Part shown: piece after piece, positions 28,480 through 38,611 of the stretch
How the letters are laid out: every line of letters starts with the position of its first letter
Numbering within the stretch: the stretch's first letter is position 1
Source: Nitrospiria bacterium
GTDB lineage: Bacteria; Nitrospirota; Nitrospiria; DASWJH01
Reading direction: 5' to 3'
Assembly: GCA_036397255.1 (NCBI GenBank)
Contig: DASWJH010000048.1
Location: forward strand, 4,172-68,171
DNA length: 64,000 nucleotides
Position numbers and translations under genes: made by a program
Notes under the pieces: model-generated
The model's input: the letters and a program-made list of their open reading frames with translations, nothing else
What the model was told of the DNA's origin: nothing
Database searches by the model: none

Positions 28480-29631
28480 CTACTGTGTTTCAGGATAGTA
28501 TGCGGAATGACGAGCCTTAACGTTAGGCCTCTTTAAGAGAAGACTAAAAAAAGTTTTTGGCAAGGCTTGATTTTGCCCTGATACGATTAGATTTTTGTTG
28601 GGTTTTCTTCTCAGGTTCATCTTTTTAATTTGATGCATGCTGGACTTTAACAATTCAATTGGGAGGTAGATAAAGGCCAATAGCTTTTTATTAAAGGCAA
28701 TAGATGAAAACTCATACCCATATTCTCTCATGAGAAAACCAGTTAATTTTTGAATGATGAATATCTTTGACCGTGACAATACTTTTTCCCCCTTCCGGAT
28801 AGATTGGGTGTTTACCCTTTTTAAAGTTCCCTTTTTCCAAGGTTCATTTTTAAAATAATTAGTAGATGTCTTATAGAATTCCAACATGGTTTCGGAATAT
28901 TCCTCTCCCACAAACCTGCATAATCTTTCCATCTCCTCTTTAGGGTGTTGAGTTAAATCCTCATACCGAACTTCAATATAGGATTCTTCTCTATTGGAAA
29001 AATGATTACCCAAAACAATATCACTTGCCCAAGAAAGAGCATGTATAATGATATCCTTTGAGGCATCTGGCATTTTCAAACTGGAGGCCACAACATCCCT
29101 GGGGTCCCGGATAATATGAATAACCTTGGCATTAGGAAATATTCTAAAAAGTTGATCAATATGCCTCACATTCCCTGGTGTTTTTTCCCCAAACCTGGTT
29201 GCCCCCTTTATTTTTGCGTACTCCTCGAGAAGAATCCTATAGAATCCCTCATAAGTTCTCGACTTGATCACTAGCATTCTATCTTTAACCCCCGAAAGAA
29301 TTTCCTCAATACCCGGCAAAAACTGGAACGCTCGAATTCTTCTCACAAAAGAAAAAAATTTTTCCAAATCTTCATCCCTACTCATTGAAGGTATGAATCG
29401 CTTGATTTGCAAAATTTGGTCAAAATAATGAATCTCCCCAAAAATAGCAATTTTGGGATGGGCATTGATTATGAGCTGCAACATGGTTGTGCCTGACCTT
29501 GCGGCTCCTACGACAAAAATTGGAAAACAGTCTTGAAAGCCTTCTTGAATATTTTTATTATTATTCATTGATAAGGAAAATCTTTTAATTTCTAAAAAAG
29601 AATCCTGATTTAAAGCATGGTGGTTTCTCAT
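28480..29631 (-). CDS. PAPS-dependent sulfotransferase
   Basis: FPIFVVGAARSGTTMLQ is the 5'-PSB P-loop-like motif, and VIHIIRDPRDVVAS is the 3'-PB motif. Both are sulfotransferase hallmarks. Confidence 0.7.
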   Translation of the reverse strand: MRNHHALNQDSFLEIKRFSLSMNNNKNIQEGFQDCFPIFVVGAARSGTTMLQLIINAHPKIAIFGEIHYFDQILQIKRFIPSMSRDEDLEKFFSFVRRIRAFQFLPGIEEILSGVKDRMLVIKSRTYEGFYRILLEEYAKIKGATRFGEKTPGNVRHIDQLFRIFPNAKVIHIIRDPRDVVASSLKMPDASKDIIIHALSWASDIVLGNHFSNREESYIEVRYEDLTQHPKEEMERLCRFVGEEYSETMLEFYKTSTNYFKNEPWKKGTLKRVNTQSIRKGEKVLSRSKIFIIQKLTGFLMREYGYEFSSIAFNKKLLAFIYLPIELLKSSMHQIKKMNLRRKPNKNLIVSGQNQALPKTFFSLLLKRPNVKARHSAYYPETQ

Positions 29632-29652
29632 TACAAGCAGGGTAAGAAAACG

Positions 29653-30633
29653 CTACACGTTCTCTTCCGTAACCTGTCGAGGAGGACGAAAACTGCCGCT
29701 CCCAAGGACGTAGGCCAACCACCAAGGAATCCAGGATAATATTTGGACCACCCGACCGATAAGCGTAATGGCAAGGGCTTCTGCGGGAGGAACTCCAACC
29801 ATTGACATGAATACCATAAAAGTAGCATCAAAGACCCCTAGCCCATTGATGGCAATCGGAATCCTTGTAATCAAAAGAGTTAAAGGTACAATTCCAGCAA
29901 TATAAACAAGACCGATGTCAACACCAATCGCCTTGGCAATTAGCCACGCATGAAGGATTGGAAGAAACTGCTCGCCAAATGTTAGTGAAGAAAATTTAAA
30001 AAGGGTTGTTTTATCATTTTGATATTCCCGATAGATCATGTGAAACTTGGTAATCTTTTTTAAGAGCCACGATTCCCTGAAGGACCCCAAAATTCTCTCC
30101 CTAATAAAATCAAAAACGGTTTGGCTAAAAGACATCGCAAAACCAAAGGTTGATAATAGAAGAAATAATCCTCCCACCCACCATACCGACTGGAATCGAT
30201 CATCAAGAGCCCCTGATATCGTAAGAATCGAAAACCCTATCAAGCCGACCAAGAGTGCAGAGAGAAAACCGATCATCCGTTCAATAATAATTGAAGCAAT
30301 AACCTCATTGGATTTTAATCCAATTCGTGTCGTGCTATAAGCTCTAATTGCATCTGCACCCACTGTGGCAGGAAGAAAAATACCCCAAACCATCGATGCG
30401 CAATAAATATTCATTCCCTTAACGAAAGGAAGAAAAATACCCCTTCCCTTTAATAACAATTTCCACTTAAAAGTCATAATGGCTCGATCAATCGTATTCA
30501 CCCCGAATACCAATAAAAGGTAGATTGGATTGGGTGTCATAATCATCCGCCCGAGTTCGCTTACTCCCCCTAATTTCCATAGGATTAACACGAACAAAGT
30601 AATTGTTACCGCAGCTTTTAAAAATAATTTCAT
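29653..30633 (-). CDS. flippase-like membrane protein (LPG-synthase-TM/UPF0104 family)
   Basis: It is 326 aa with about 8 TM helices, is Gly/Ala-rich, and begins with a short basic N-terminus. This architecture is commonly found beside GT2 genes. Confidence 0.45.
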   Translation of the reverse strand: MKLFLKAAVTITLFVLILWKLGGVSELGRMIMTPNPIYLLLVFGVNTIDRAIMTFKWKLLLKGRGIFLPFVKGMNIYCASMVWGIFLPATVGADAIRAYSTTRIGLKSNEVIASIIIERMIGFLSALLVGLIGFSILTISGALDDRFQSVWWVGGLFLLLSTFGFAMSFSQTVFDFIRERILGSFRESWLLKKITKFHMIYREYQNDKTTLFKFSSLTFGEQFLPILHAWLIAKAIGVDIGLVYIAGIVPLTLLITRIPIAINGLGVFDATFMVFMSMVGVPPAEALAITLIGRVVQILSWIPWWLAYVLGSGSFRPPRQVTEENV

Positions 30634-30675
30634 CCTTTAATTACTAAAACCCTCCAATAAAACCAATATAAATGT

Positions 30676-32280
30676 CTAGGCTGGTCCACGAAATTTTAGG
30701 AGATGCTCTCCGAGTCTTAATGCCAGTGCTGCAATGGTTAAAGTTGGATTTGCCGCCCCGACGGTTACAAATACACTACTCCCCACAATAAACAGATTTT
30801 TAACATCATGGGCTCTAAGGTTTTTATCAACAACGCTGGTCCTCGGGTCATTTCCCATCCTACAGGTCCCACTGTGGTGCCCCCCGTATCCAAGCCGGTG
30901 TACTTCCTGTTTTTCAGCCCCTAATGCCTCAAACATACTCTTTGTAATTTTATCAACCTTTTTAAAGGTTTCCCGCTCATAGTCGGAAATTGAATAAAAA
31001 ATCTTCGGACAGGGGTTCCCAAAAAAATCCTTCTTTTCATAATCCAGCTCCACACGGTTCTTCTCTGAAGGCAACGGTTCAACCATTGACCCAAATCCAA
31101 AGTACTTTCCAAATTCTTGCTTCAACTCATTTTTTATTTCTCTTTCAAGGTCCAATCCCCAATGCCCCCCGTATCGAATAATATCTTTTGCAATATTCCT
31201 CGGTCTTGGTCCACTATCGATTCCAGCAATCGTAAAAGCCGCCTCATGATCCCTGGTAGGTTTCTCATAAAACTGCTGTGTGCCAACGGTGTAAAAGCCC
31301 TTCCGAAAGGGATAGAATTGCGCTTTGACCCGCCCCTGTTGATAGCGACCGGTATGATCCATGAAGTACCTTCCCACTTTTCCGCTGGAATTCGAAAAAC
31401 CATCCGGAAAATCAAGAGATTTAGAAAGCAAGAGCAACCGCGGCGATTCAACTCCGTGAGCAGCCAAAATATAAATCCCGGCAATACACTGATGTTCCTT
31501 TTTATCCGGGGTTGCGAAGACAACCCTTTTTACCCCGCCCGATCCATTACTTTCAAAACGAACCACATTGGCATTGGGAACCACGTTAACCTTTCCGGTT
31601 TGTTCAGCCAACTCAATATGAATATCTCCGCTATACCGCGCTCGAATAGGGCATGCACTGCAAACGGAATACGTCATACAAGCAGGTCGCCCGCGATAAT
31701 TAACTGAGGTTCTCGCCTGAGGAATGGTCCGGAATTGAATCCCCAAAGCCTTACAAGCTTTGGTCCACTCTTTCTCCGCATATCCAGCAGGAAAACCCGG
31801 AAGAGGATACGGTTTTGAGCGAGGAGGCCCAAATGGATTATCATCATCTCCGGAAACTCCTAATTCTTCCTCGGCCTGACAATAATAAGGTTCAAGATCT
31901 TCGTACGTAATGGGCCAGTCCTCTGCGATGCCGTACCTCGATCTCATTTCAAAATCACTCTCATGAAGTCGAGTCGCATACCCTTGCCAATGCAGCGTAC
32001 TCCCCCCTACGGCCTTAACCCTGTATTTATTTAGAGGATACTCTACTTCACCACCATTGGTATAAATATCCCTTTCCGGAATATCTGATCGCCATGGGTT
32101 ATCCCCGTTGAGGAAACGGTCCATATAATGATGACGGTCGGCAACATCATGCCGCGGCCCTGCCTCCAATACGATTACTTTTATACCAGCTAAGCCCAAT
32201 TTATAAGCTACAAGGGCACCGGCGATCCCACCACCAATAATACACACATCGTAGGAATTGTAATTCAAGTTCTTAATCAT
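30676..32280 (-). CDS. GMC-family FAD-dependent oxidoreductase
   Basis: The N-terminus YDVCIIGGGIAGALVAYKLGLAGIKVIVLEAGPR is an FAD Rossmann fold. At 534 aa it has GMC-like length. Confidence 0.7.
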   Translation of the reverse strand: MIKNLNYNSYDVCIIGGGIAGALVAYKLGLAGIKVIVLEAGPRHDVADRHHYMDRFLNGDNPWRSDIPERDIYTNGGEVEYPLNKYRVKAVGGSTLHWQGYATRLHESDFEMRSRYGIAEDWPITYEDLEPYYCQAEEELGVSGDDDNPFGPPRSKPYPLPGFPAGYAEKEWTKACKALGIQFRTIPQARTSVNYRGRPACMTYSVCSACPIRARYSGDIHIELAEQTGKVNVVPNANVVRFESNGSGGVKRVVFATPDKKEHQCIAGIYILAAHGVESPRLLLLSKSLDFPDGFSNSSGKVGRYFMDHTGRYQQGRVKAQFYPFRKGFYTVGTQQFYEKPTRDHEAAFTIAGIDSGPRPRNIAKDIIRYGGHWGLDLEREIKNELKQEFGKYFGFGSMVEPLPSEKNRVELDYEKKDFFGNPCPKIFYSISDYERETFKKVDKITKSMFEALGAEKQEVHRLGYGGHHSGTCRMGNDPRTSVVDKNLRAHDVKNLFIVGSSVFVTVGAANPTLTIAALALRLGEHLLKFRGPA

Positions 32281-32295
32281 CTTTTTTCAAAAACT

Positions 32296-32961
32296 CTATT
32301 TCCAGCTTAGGCTCCCAGGTCCCACATATTCCCGGGGATTCCCTGGAACACCCGGGTAATTGGTGTATCCAGCCAATTTCCACCCCGCTTCTCCGGAATA
32401 AAAACGAACCAGAAGATCCCGCACTACAAAATCACGAAAATGGCGTTCAGGTTTGGATAGAAACAAACGTTCAACATTCGATTTAATCTTCCCGAAAAGA
32501 TTGGAAAGATCTTTTTGCCTTCCTCCTTCATATTTCCACAAAATGGATTCCAAAACCACACTTCTTTCCCTTAGCGAAATATTCGCAAAGCCTAATTTTC
32601 CCCTCCGCAACTTTGTCAATTGATCCAACATATTAAGCCCAGATTGATACTCCTTTAACAAACCTTTCTTTTGTTCGGTCGCATCATTGACCAGTTTGAC
32701 CATATTTTCCTGGCTAATCCACAACCTTTGGGGAACCAGTACTTCAAGTAAGGCCAACATGGTCCTCATATCCTGATCAGACAATCGGCCGGGAGGGTGG
32801 TTTCGATTCAAGTTGGGGTTAATGGCCTTCTTCACATATCGCAATGCAGGATAAGAAAAAATACCTATAAGGGTCAGCACACCCGCCGTAACCATGAAAA
32901 TCCGTCTGCTCATTATTTTTTCTTTGATTGAAGGGCGAGAATTCATCTTGCTCTCTCTCAT
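32296..32961 (-). CDS. Tat-signal small subunit partnering the GMC oxidoreductase (gluconate 2-dehydrogenase subunit 3-like)
   Basis: The N-terminus SRRIFMVTAGVLTLIG is a twin-arginine signal. It lies immediately upstream of the GMC flavoprotein, the arrangement seen in membrane-associated GMC dehydrogenases. Confidence 0.5.
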   Translation of the reverse strand: MRESKMNSRPSIKEKIMSRRIFMVTAGVLTLIGIFSYPALRYVKKAINPNLNRNHPPGRLSDQDMRTMLALLEVLVPQRLWISQENMVKLVNDATEQKKGLLKEYQSGLNMLDQLTKLRRGKLGFANISLRERSVVLESILWKYEGGRQKDLSNLFGKIKSNVERLFLSKPERHFRDFVVRDLLVRFYSGEAGWKLAGYTNYPGVPGNPREYVGPGSLSWK

Positions 32962-33033
32962 CTGAAAAAATTTAATTTCCGTTCATCATGGAATTTACTG
33001 ACCTCATTATAAAGGAGCATATTTTCTGATTTC

Positions 33034-34995
33034 TTAAATTTCAGCCTCAATCTTTTCATGGTTTCGAGCTGATTGAATCAGCTCTTCCGAGAGGTCCTGG
33101 ACGGAGGTATGTTCGATAAAAATCCGGTACCATACCTCACTATTCAGGAGAAGCCAAAGTCGATTTCCATGGTCTTTATTTCCAATCAGATGTTCCCCCA
33201 AAAAGCTATTAATCGAAGGTTGGTGGAATATACCGTTCTTGGCCATATGTGAATTTTCAAGGAATTTTTTGAACAAGAATGGATATTCATTTTTTAACAT
33301 GTAGGGAAGCGCTGAGGAAAAACCTTGCTTAGGGCGATTCAGAAGGGGCTCTGGCAAATACCGTTTAGCGAGCTGCATCTGGATATATCTAAGAGAGCGT
33401 CCCCTCACCTTAAGTCTTATGGGAAGCCTTGCAGCGAATTCTGCAATTTCGTGATCCATAAAAGGACTTCTTGCCTCCAGTCCATGCGCCATTGTCATTC
33501 GATCCAAAATCATCACCGAGTGGTCTGGAAGCCGAATTTGGCTATCTGCAGAAAGCATCCGATCTAGAATATCAGAGTCTGGGGCCCGATCAAAAGCCTC
33601 TCTGATGGCAAAACCGGGGTCAAATGGAAAGTTATTGATCTCTTTTACCGAACCATAAAGGTCATTGAGCTGCACGCGATCAAAATAAAAATAACCAAGG
33701 CTTTTCGCATAGCGTGTCCCACCTTCCAAAAAGGATAGTTTGTGCAACCATTTAAGCTGGTGCCCAAGGCTTTTATACCAATTTCCATCGGAAATGTATG
33801 GGAGGAGTTTTCCAATTATATTTTTTCGAATCATACTGGGAATTTGAGCATAATAACCGGCAAATCGATTTCCATAATAACGGTCATAACCTCCAAAAAG
33901 TTCATCCCCCCCATCGCCCCCAAGAACCACCTTCACATGCTCTCGCGCCATTTTAGCGATTAGGTCCGTACACACAGATAAAGAATCAGATGGCTCATCT
34001 AATTGCCATACCAGGCGTGGAAGACTTTTCACCAGGGAAGGAATCATAACTTTTTCATGATGTCGAGTGCCATACTGATTGGCAACCAATTTGGCAAGAG
34101 GGGCCTCGTCAAACGAACCAAAAGGAAGACTGACCGAAAATGTTTCAATAGGTTCGGAGGTCACATGTTTCATCACCATCGCAACAATTAGGGTTGAGTC
34201 TAATCCCCCGCTTAAAAAAGCCCCTACAGGTACATCGCTCACCATGTGATATTTTAAACACTTGATCATTCTTTCCTCAAGATCGTCCACTAAATCGTCA
34301 TCAGAACCCGATAATTTAGGTTCATACTCTAAATCCCAGTAGCGTTCGATCTTTAATCCAGTTTCCTCTTCAAAGGTTAGGAAGTGAGCTGGGGGAAGTT
34401 TTCGAATGGAACGAAACATAGAACGGGGGGGAGCTATAATACGTAAACTAAGATACTGGTCAAGGGAGCCAAGATCCATTTCGGCCAAAGAACGATCGAC
34501 CGCGAGAAGAGCCTTTATTTCTGAGGCAAAGAGAAATTCCTCTTCCCGTTGGACATAAAAAAAGGGTTTTTGGCCCAATCTATCACGGGCAGCAAATAAT
34601 CTCTTTGATTGATTATCCCAAATTACAAATGCAAACATCCCTCGAAGATATTTAACACATCGCTCCCCATACTCTTCATATAAATGCAAAATAGTTTCGG
34701 TATCAGTATCCGTATGAAATCGATGGCCCCTTCCAATCAGATCCGATCGAAGATCACGATAGTTATAGATTTCGCCATTAAAGACAATCCATTTTGTTCG
34801 GTCTTCATTCGAAATAGGTTGTTTTCCGGTATGGAGGTCAATAATGCTTAATCGACGGTGTCCGAGACCTACTTCGTTATTCATATAAAAACCTATATCA
34901 TCTGGTCCCCGGTGGGAGAGGGATTGGGCCATTATTTTAATTTCGCTCTGATTGACCTCACCTTGAAAGCTCACCTTTCCACAAATCCCGCACAT
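33034..34995 (-). CDS. asparagine synthase (glutamine-hydrolysing) family amidotransferase, EPS-locus type
   Basis: The N-terminus MCGICGKVSF is the Ntn Cys glutaminase start. SGGLDS is the PP-loop. It is 653 aa. Confidence 0.85.
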   Translation of the reverse strand: MCGICGKVSFQGEVNQSEIKIMAQSLSHRGPDDIGFYMNNEVGLGHRRLSIIDLHTGKQPISNEDRTKWIVFNGEIYNYRDLRSDLIGRGHRFHTDTDTETILHLYEEYGERCVKYLRGMFAFVIWDNQSKRLFAARDRLGQKPFFYVQREEEFLFASEIKALLAVDRSLAEMDLGSLDQYLSLRIIAPPRSMFRSIRKLPPAHFLTFEEETGLKIERYWDLEYEPKLSGSDDDLVDDLEERMIKCLKYHMVSDVPVGAFLSGGLDSTLIVAMVMKHVTSEPIETFSVSLPFGSFDEAPLAKLVANQYGTRHHEKVMIPSLVKSLPRLVWQLDEPSDSLSVCTDLIAKMAREHVKVVLGGDGGDELFGGYDRYYGNRFAGYYAQIPSMIRKNIIGKLLPYISDGNWYKSLGHQLKWLHKLSFLEGGTRYAKSLGYFYFDRVQLNDLYGSVKEINNFPFDPGFAIREAFDRAPDSDILDRMLSADSQIRLPDHSVMILDRMTMAHGLEARSPFMDHEIAEFAARLPIRLKVRGRSLRYIQMQLAKRYLPEPLLNRPKQGFSSALPYMLKNEYPFLFKKFLENSHMAKNGIFHQPSINSFLGEHLIGNKDHGNRLWLLLNSEVWYRIFIEHTSVQDLSEELIQSARNHEKIEAEI

Positions 34996-35591
34996 CAGTT
35001 ACCACCTCCTTTTACAGCAACTCTTTTCTCAAATTTTGTATAGCAGGATTTCAAAAAATGAGACAAAAAGATTAAGGAGAAAATCACAACGAGTTCAATC
35101 CCAATGGCAAGTAGGTTGTAGGGTTGAAGGATCGTTGCAATCCATTCATGGGTTCCCACAGAAGTAGAATGGGCATGACTGACGCCTAATAAAATTTGGA
35201 ATGGAGCCTGATAAGTCTCTCCACTGATAGGCCAAAATAGGGGAATTCCGTAAGGCGGCCGTTTATCCGGACCAAACATGTCTAAAAGGAGATGCGAAGC
35301 GTATGCAAATGATAGTATCCATCCGGATGGGATGATCAACTTTGTCTTTTTAAGATTGATAACCATTGATATCAAGAATCCAGAGGTTAAAGCGAAGATC
35401 AGGCTATGCGAAATCCCCTGATGGTAAAGCGCTGGTTTCCCTTGAATAATCCCAGGAATGAAATCCAAATCGGGAGCAACTGCAAGGAAAAGGCATAGGG
35501 ATAAAAATAAGGGTCTGTTAAAAAACTGGTTTCCAGATGCTATCTTATAAATGAGGTAACCTGCCAAGGCATGTCCAATAGGCGTTGCCAT
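34995..35591 (-). CDS. membrane-bound metal-dependent hydrolase-like protein (YdjM/DUF457 type)
   Basis: It is a small 198-aa polytopic protein with an N-terminal MATPIGHALAGY and several His residues in helices (HQGISHS, SHLLLD). Confidence 0.4.
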   Translation of the reverse strand: MATPIGHALAGYLIYKIASGNQFFNRPLFLSLCLFLAVAPDLDFIPGIIQGKPALYHQGISHSLIFALTSGFLISMVINLKKTKLIIPSGWILSFAYASHLLLDMFGPDKRPPYGIPLFWPISGETYQAPFQILLGVSHAHSTSVGTHEWIATILQPYNLLAIGIELVVIFSLIFLSHFLKSCYTKFEKRVAVKGGGN

Positions 35592-35650
35592 TTTTCACCC
35601 ATTATAAAACATCGAAAAAGTTCAAACCTTTGGATAAGGTTCTTCCAAAT

Positions 35651-37432
35651 TCAATTTGCTAAGGTTTTTCGTTCAGCCTCACGCAGTTGGACCCTTTTTT
35701 CAGCTGAGGGATTCATTACAGTAAATGATCCGATTGCCAAAACATCCAGATGCCCAATTTTGAAGGCACGAATCGCATCTTCCGGTGTACACACAATGGG
35801 CTCTTCGTGGATATTAAAACTCGTATTTACCACGCTGGATTTTCCGGTAAGCTCCTTGAAATTTTGGATAATACGATAGTAACTTGGATTATCGGTTTGG
35901 CTAACAAGTTGGGGCCTCGCCGTACCGTCTACATGTACCACACCTGGGCATTGGTTTTTCATTTCCTCGGTACATTGAAAGGTAATCGTCATAAAACGGG
36001 CGGTTTCTCGGGCCCCATCCAGGTTGTGGTAAAATTTATCTGCATCCTCTGCAAGGGTTGACGGCGCAAAGGGCATAAACTCGGTTCGTTTTAGGTTTTT
36101 ATTAAGCCAATCATTAACTGAATGATCATCAGGTTTATATAAAATCGATCGATTCCCGAGCGCTCGAGGGCCGTATTCCATCCTACCGTTTACTCTCGCG
36201 ACTACAAATCCCTTACTTATCAGCCTTGCAATTTCGGGTTCCACTTCCTGGTGAAATGAATATGATACCCCTGCTTTTTCCAATGCCTCTTTTATCCGAT
36301 CTTGGGAAAACTCAGGTCCAAGATATACATGATCCATACACCTTGTATTTATTTTTGAAGGGTCGGAGGAATTGATATAATTTAGAGCCAAAGCGGCACC
36401 CACGGCAAGGCCTTCGTCTGACATTCCAGGGTGAATAAATACGGAACGAACACCTGGCAATTCATGGATCCTTTGATTAATTTTTACATTGGCAAACAAA
36501 CCTCCAGCAAGTGCCACATCATGTTTTCCCGTTTTTTCCCTCCAATACTGGATATATTGGGTGGCCACCTCTTCTGCAACATTCTGGATCGTTGCCGACA
36601 AATCCTCCCTTTTAAAATCCTTGGGTAAAGCGCCTAACAATTTCTGAACGGCTGCAGTAAAAAAGGCATTTCCGATATTGGTAATGGTGCCATTATTGTA
36701 CTGAATAAATTGATACAATATATCCTTATAGGAATCCTTTCCGTAAGCGGCAAGACCGGTGATTTTTCCTTCGTGTTTGCCCGCTTTAAATCCACATATA
36801 TGGGTTACATATCCATAATAACTACCCAATGAATCAAAACCGGCCACCTTGTGCAAAATTTGCCATTTCCCATTGGTAACAGAATACACATGAGAAGAAT
36901 TACCATCCCCAGATCCATCCATGGTAACCACCAAGCCATCATTAAATCCACTGGAGTAATAGGCAGAACACGCATGGGAAAAGTGATGCGAAATGAATTT
37001 CACAGGACATTCAATTCCAAATTCTTCCTTTAAAACCCGGCGGATACTTATGCGGCGTTGAGCATAAACCGGTTTCCTAAGATTATAATAAAGACTCTCT
37101 AAAATAGGGACCTTTAACCTGTAATGGCTGAGCCTGGAACCAACAGAGAAAAATACGTTTTTGATGAGCCCACGGTCTACCTCAAATAAACCCCCATCAA
37201 AATCCACATATTTATTCAGAAACGTTCCCCATTGTGAGGCCACAGCGACTTGGTCCATTTCATCGGGTCGAACATTTGCAAGTCGGAAAACTTCGGCAAT
37301 TGATTTTCGGGGAAATCCCATAACCATTTTTTTTCGAACCAGTCTTTCTTCATTCACGGCTGCCAATACCTTGCCATCCTCCAAAATGGCAGCACCGCTA
37401 ATAATATGATCTGTGATTCCTAATATTTTCAC
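35651..37432 (-). CDS. carbamoyltransferase (NodU/CmcH family)
   Basis: The N-terminus MKILGITDHIISGAAILEDGKVLAAVNEERLVRKK is the hallmark start of the NodU family, and its 593-aa length is typical. Confidence 0.8.
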   Translation of the reverse strand: MKILGITDHIISGAAILEDGKVLAAVNEERLVRKKMVMGFPRKSIAEVFRLANVRPDEMDQVAVASQWGTFLNKYVDFDGGLFEVDRGLIKNVFFSVGSRLSHYRLKVPILESLYYNLRKPVYAQRRISIRRVLKEEFGIECPVKFISHHFSHACSAYYSSGFNDGLVVTMDGSGDGNSSHVYSVTNGKWQILHKVAGFDSLGSYYGYVTHICGFKAGKHEGKITGLAAYGKDSYKDILYQFIQYNNGTITNIGNAFFTAAVQKLLGALPKDFKREDLSATIQNVAEEVATQYIQYWREKTGKHDVALAGGLFANVKINQRIHELPGVRSVFIHPGMSDEGLAVGAALALNYINSSDPSKINTRCMDHVYLGPEFSQDRIKEALEKAGVSYSFHQEVEPEIARLISKGFVVARVNGRMEYGPRALGNRSILYKPDDHSVNDWLNKNLKRTEFMPFAPSTLAEDADKFYHNLDGARETARFMTITFQCTEEMKNQCPGVVHVDGTARPQLVSQTDNPSYYRIIQNFKELTGKSSVVNTSFNIHEEPIVCTPEDAIRAFKIGHLDVLAIGSFTVMNPSAEKRVQLREAERKTLAN

Positions 37433-37435
37433 TTC

Positions 37436-38605
37436 TCACCTCCGGCCATCAATGACTTCATAAAAAATGCTTTCATATTGCTCTGCACAGCGGTCGATGA
37501 ATAGTTCCTCAACCCGCCGTGAATTATCCTGCCCCATTTTCTTCCGTAGAGACTGATTCTGAACCAGAAAAAGGCATCGGGCTTCAAATTCCTTTAAATT
37601 ATTGAGCGGAATCAGATAACCATTTTTTTGATCTTTCAGGAAATCCGTCTGGCCACCGTAATCATAACAAATAACAGGAATACCACAAGCCATGGCCTCC
37701 AAGAAAACCATCCCAAATCCCTCATGCTGGCTTGTCGATACGTAAATATCCGACATTTGAAGAATTCGAAACTTTTCGGATTCACTAACTTGACCTAAAA
37801 ATTGGACTTTATTGTTGATACCAATCTGTTGGGAATCTCTGCGAAGTTGTTCTTCTTGAGGGCCGGTACCAATGACCAATAAACGGATTTTTAAATCCCT
37901 AAACGATTTCATTAAAATTAGTAGTTGGTGAATGGCTTTTCGGGCAATCAATCTTCCGACTGTAACGAGCAACACTTCATCCTCTGGAATACCGTAAGAC
38001 TTCCGATCCCCGGCCTCAATTTTAGGCCGCTTAATTCCCAACGGTATACGTATAGCATCTAACTGAGGAAGATAATACTGTTTTAAATTATTAAGGGTAT
38101 TTGTTGATTGGCCTATTACCCGGTCGGCTCTCCTAATAAGCCGTCGGATCCAAATGCGAAGAACGGGATGCCTGTGGGGTGAAGTGAATTTACTTGGGTC
38201 ATAAAGATCCCCCCCGTGCAAAGAGAGCACATTGGGAATCCCCGCCCTGCGTGAAAGCCACTGACCGACGGGGCCGCTTGGAAGAGCAAAGTGTGTATTT
38301 ATGACATCAAAAGATTCGTGTTTAAGCAAATGCCCTCCTTCACGTATTGCCATAAGCAAATACATCAACATCGAAATCAAATTAGCGGTTGCCTGGTTTC
38401 TCCTAAAATAAACCGGAACCCGAACAACACGAACATTATTCTCCACCCCCATAGGGGAAAGGCCGGGCCCACTAGAAGTCAGAACGGTAACCCGGTGACG
38501 CTTAGCTAATTCCTCCGCCAAAAGAGCATTGATCACTCCACCACCCCCCCCTAACGGGGGATACTCATAGTTACAAAAAAGGATTTTCAGAGATTCAGGG
38601 GCCAT
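37436..38605 (-). CDS. glycosyltransferase family 4
   Basis: TSQHEGFGMVFLEAMACGIPVICYDYGG (E-x7-E). Confidence 0.8.
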   Translation of the reverse strand: MAPESLKILFCNYEYPPLGGGGGVINALLAEELAKRHRVTVLTSSGPGLSPMGVENNVRVVRVPVYFRRNQATANLISMLMYLLMAIREGGHLLKHESFDVINTHFALPSGPVGQWLSRRAGIPNVLSLHGGDLYDPSKFTSPHRHPVLRIWIRRLIRRADRVIGQSTNTLNNLKQYYLPQLDAIRIPLGIKRPKIEAGDRKSYGIPEDEVLLVTVGRLIARKAIHQLLILMKSFRDLKIRLLVIGTGPQEEQLRRDSQQIGINNKVQFLGQVSESEKFRILQMSDIYVSTSQHEGFGMVFLEAMACGIPVICYDYGGQTDFLKDQKNGYLIPLNNLKEFEARCLFLVQNQSLRKKMGQDNSRRVEELFIDRCAEQYESIFYEVIDGRR

Positions 38606-38611
38606 TTAGAT

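Noticed and set aside
31117-31707. 196-aa plus-strand ORF and several other 60-130-aa ORFs lying antisense inside the GMC oxidoreductase gene and other genes
   Set aside because: They overlap long, well-supported minus-strand genes completely. They have low-complexity or Arg/Ser/Pro-rich composition typical of antisense frames, and no motifs or ribosome-binding sites. I treat them as spurious, as I do the similar small ORFs at 219..455, 494..850, 869..1207, 999..1295 and others.
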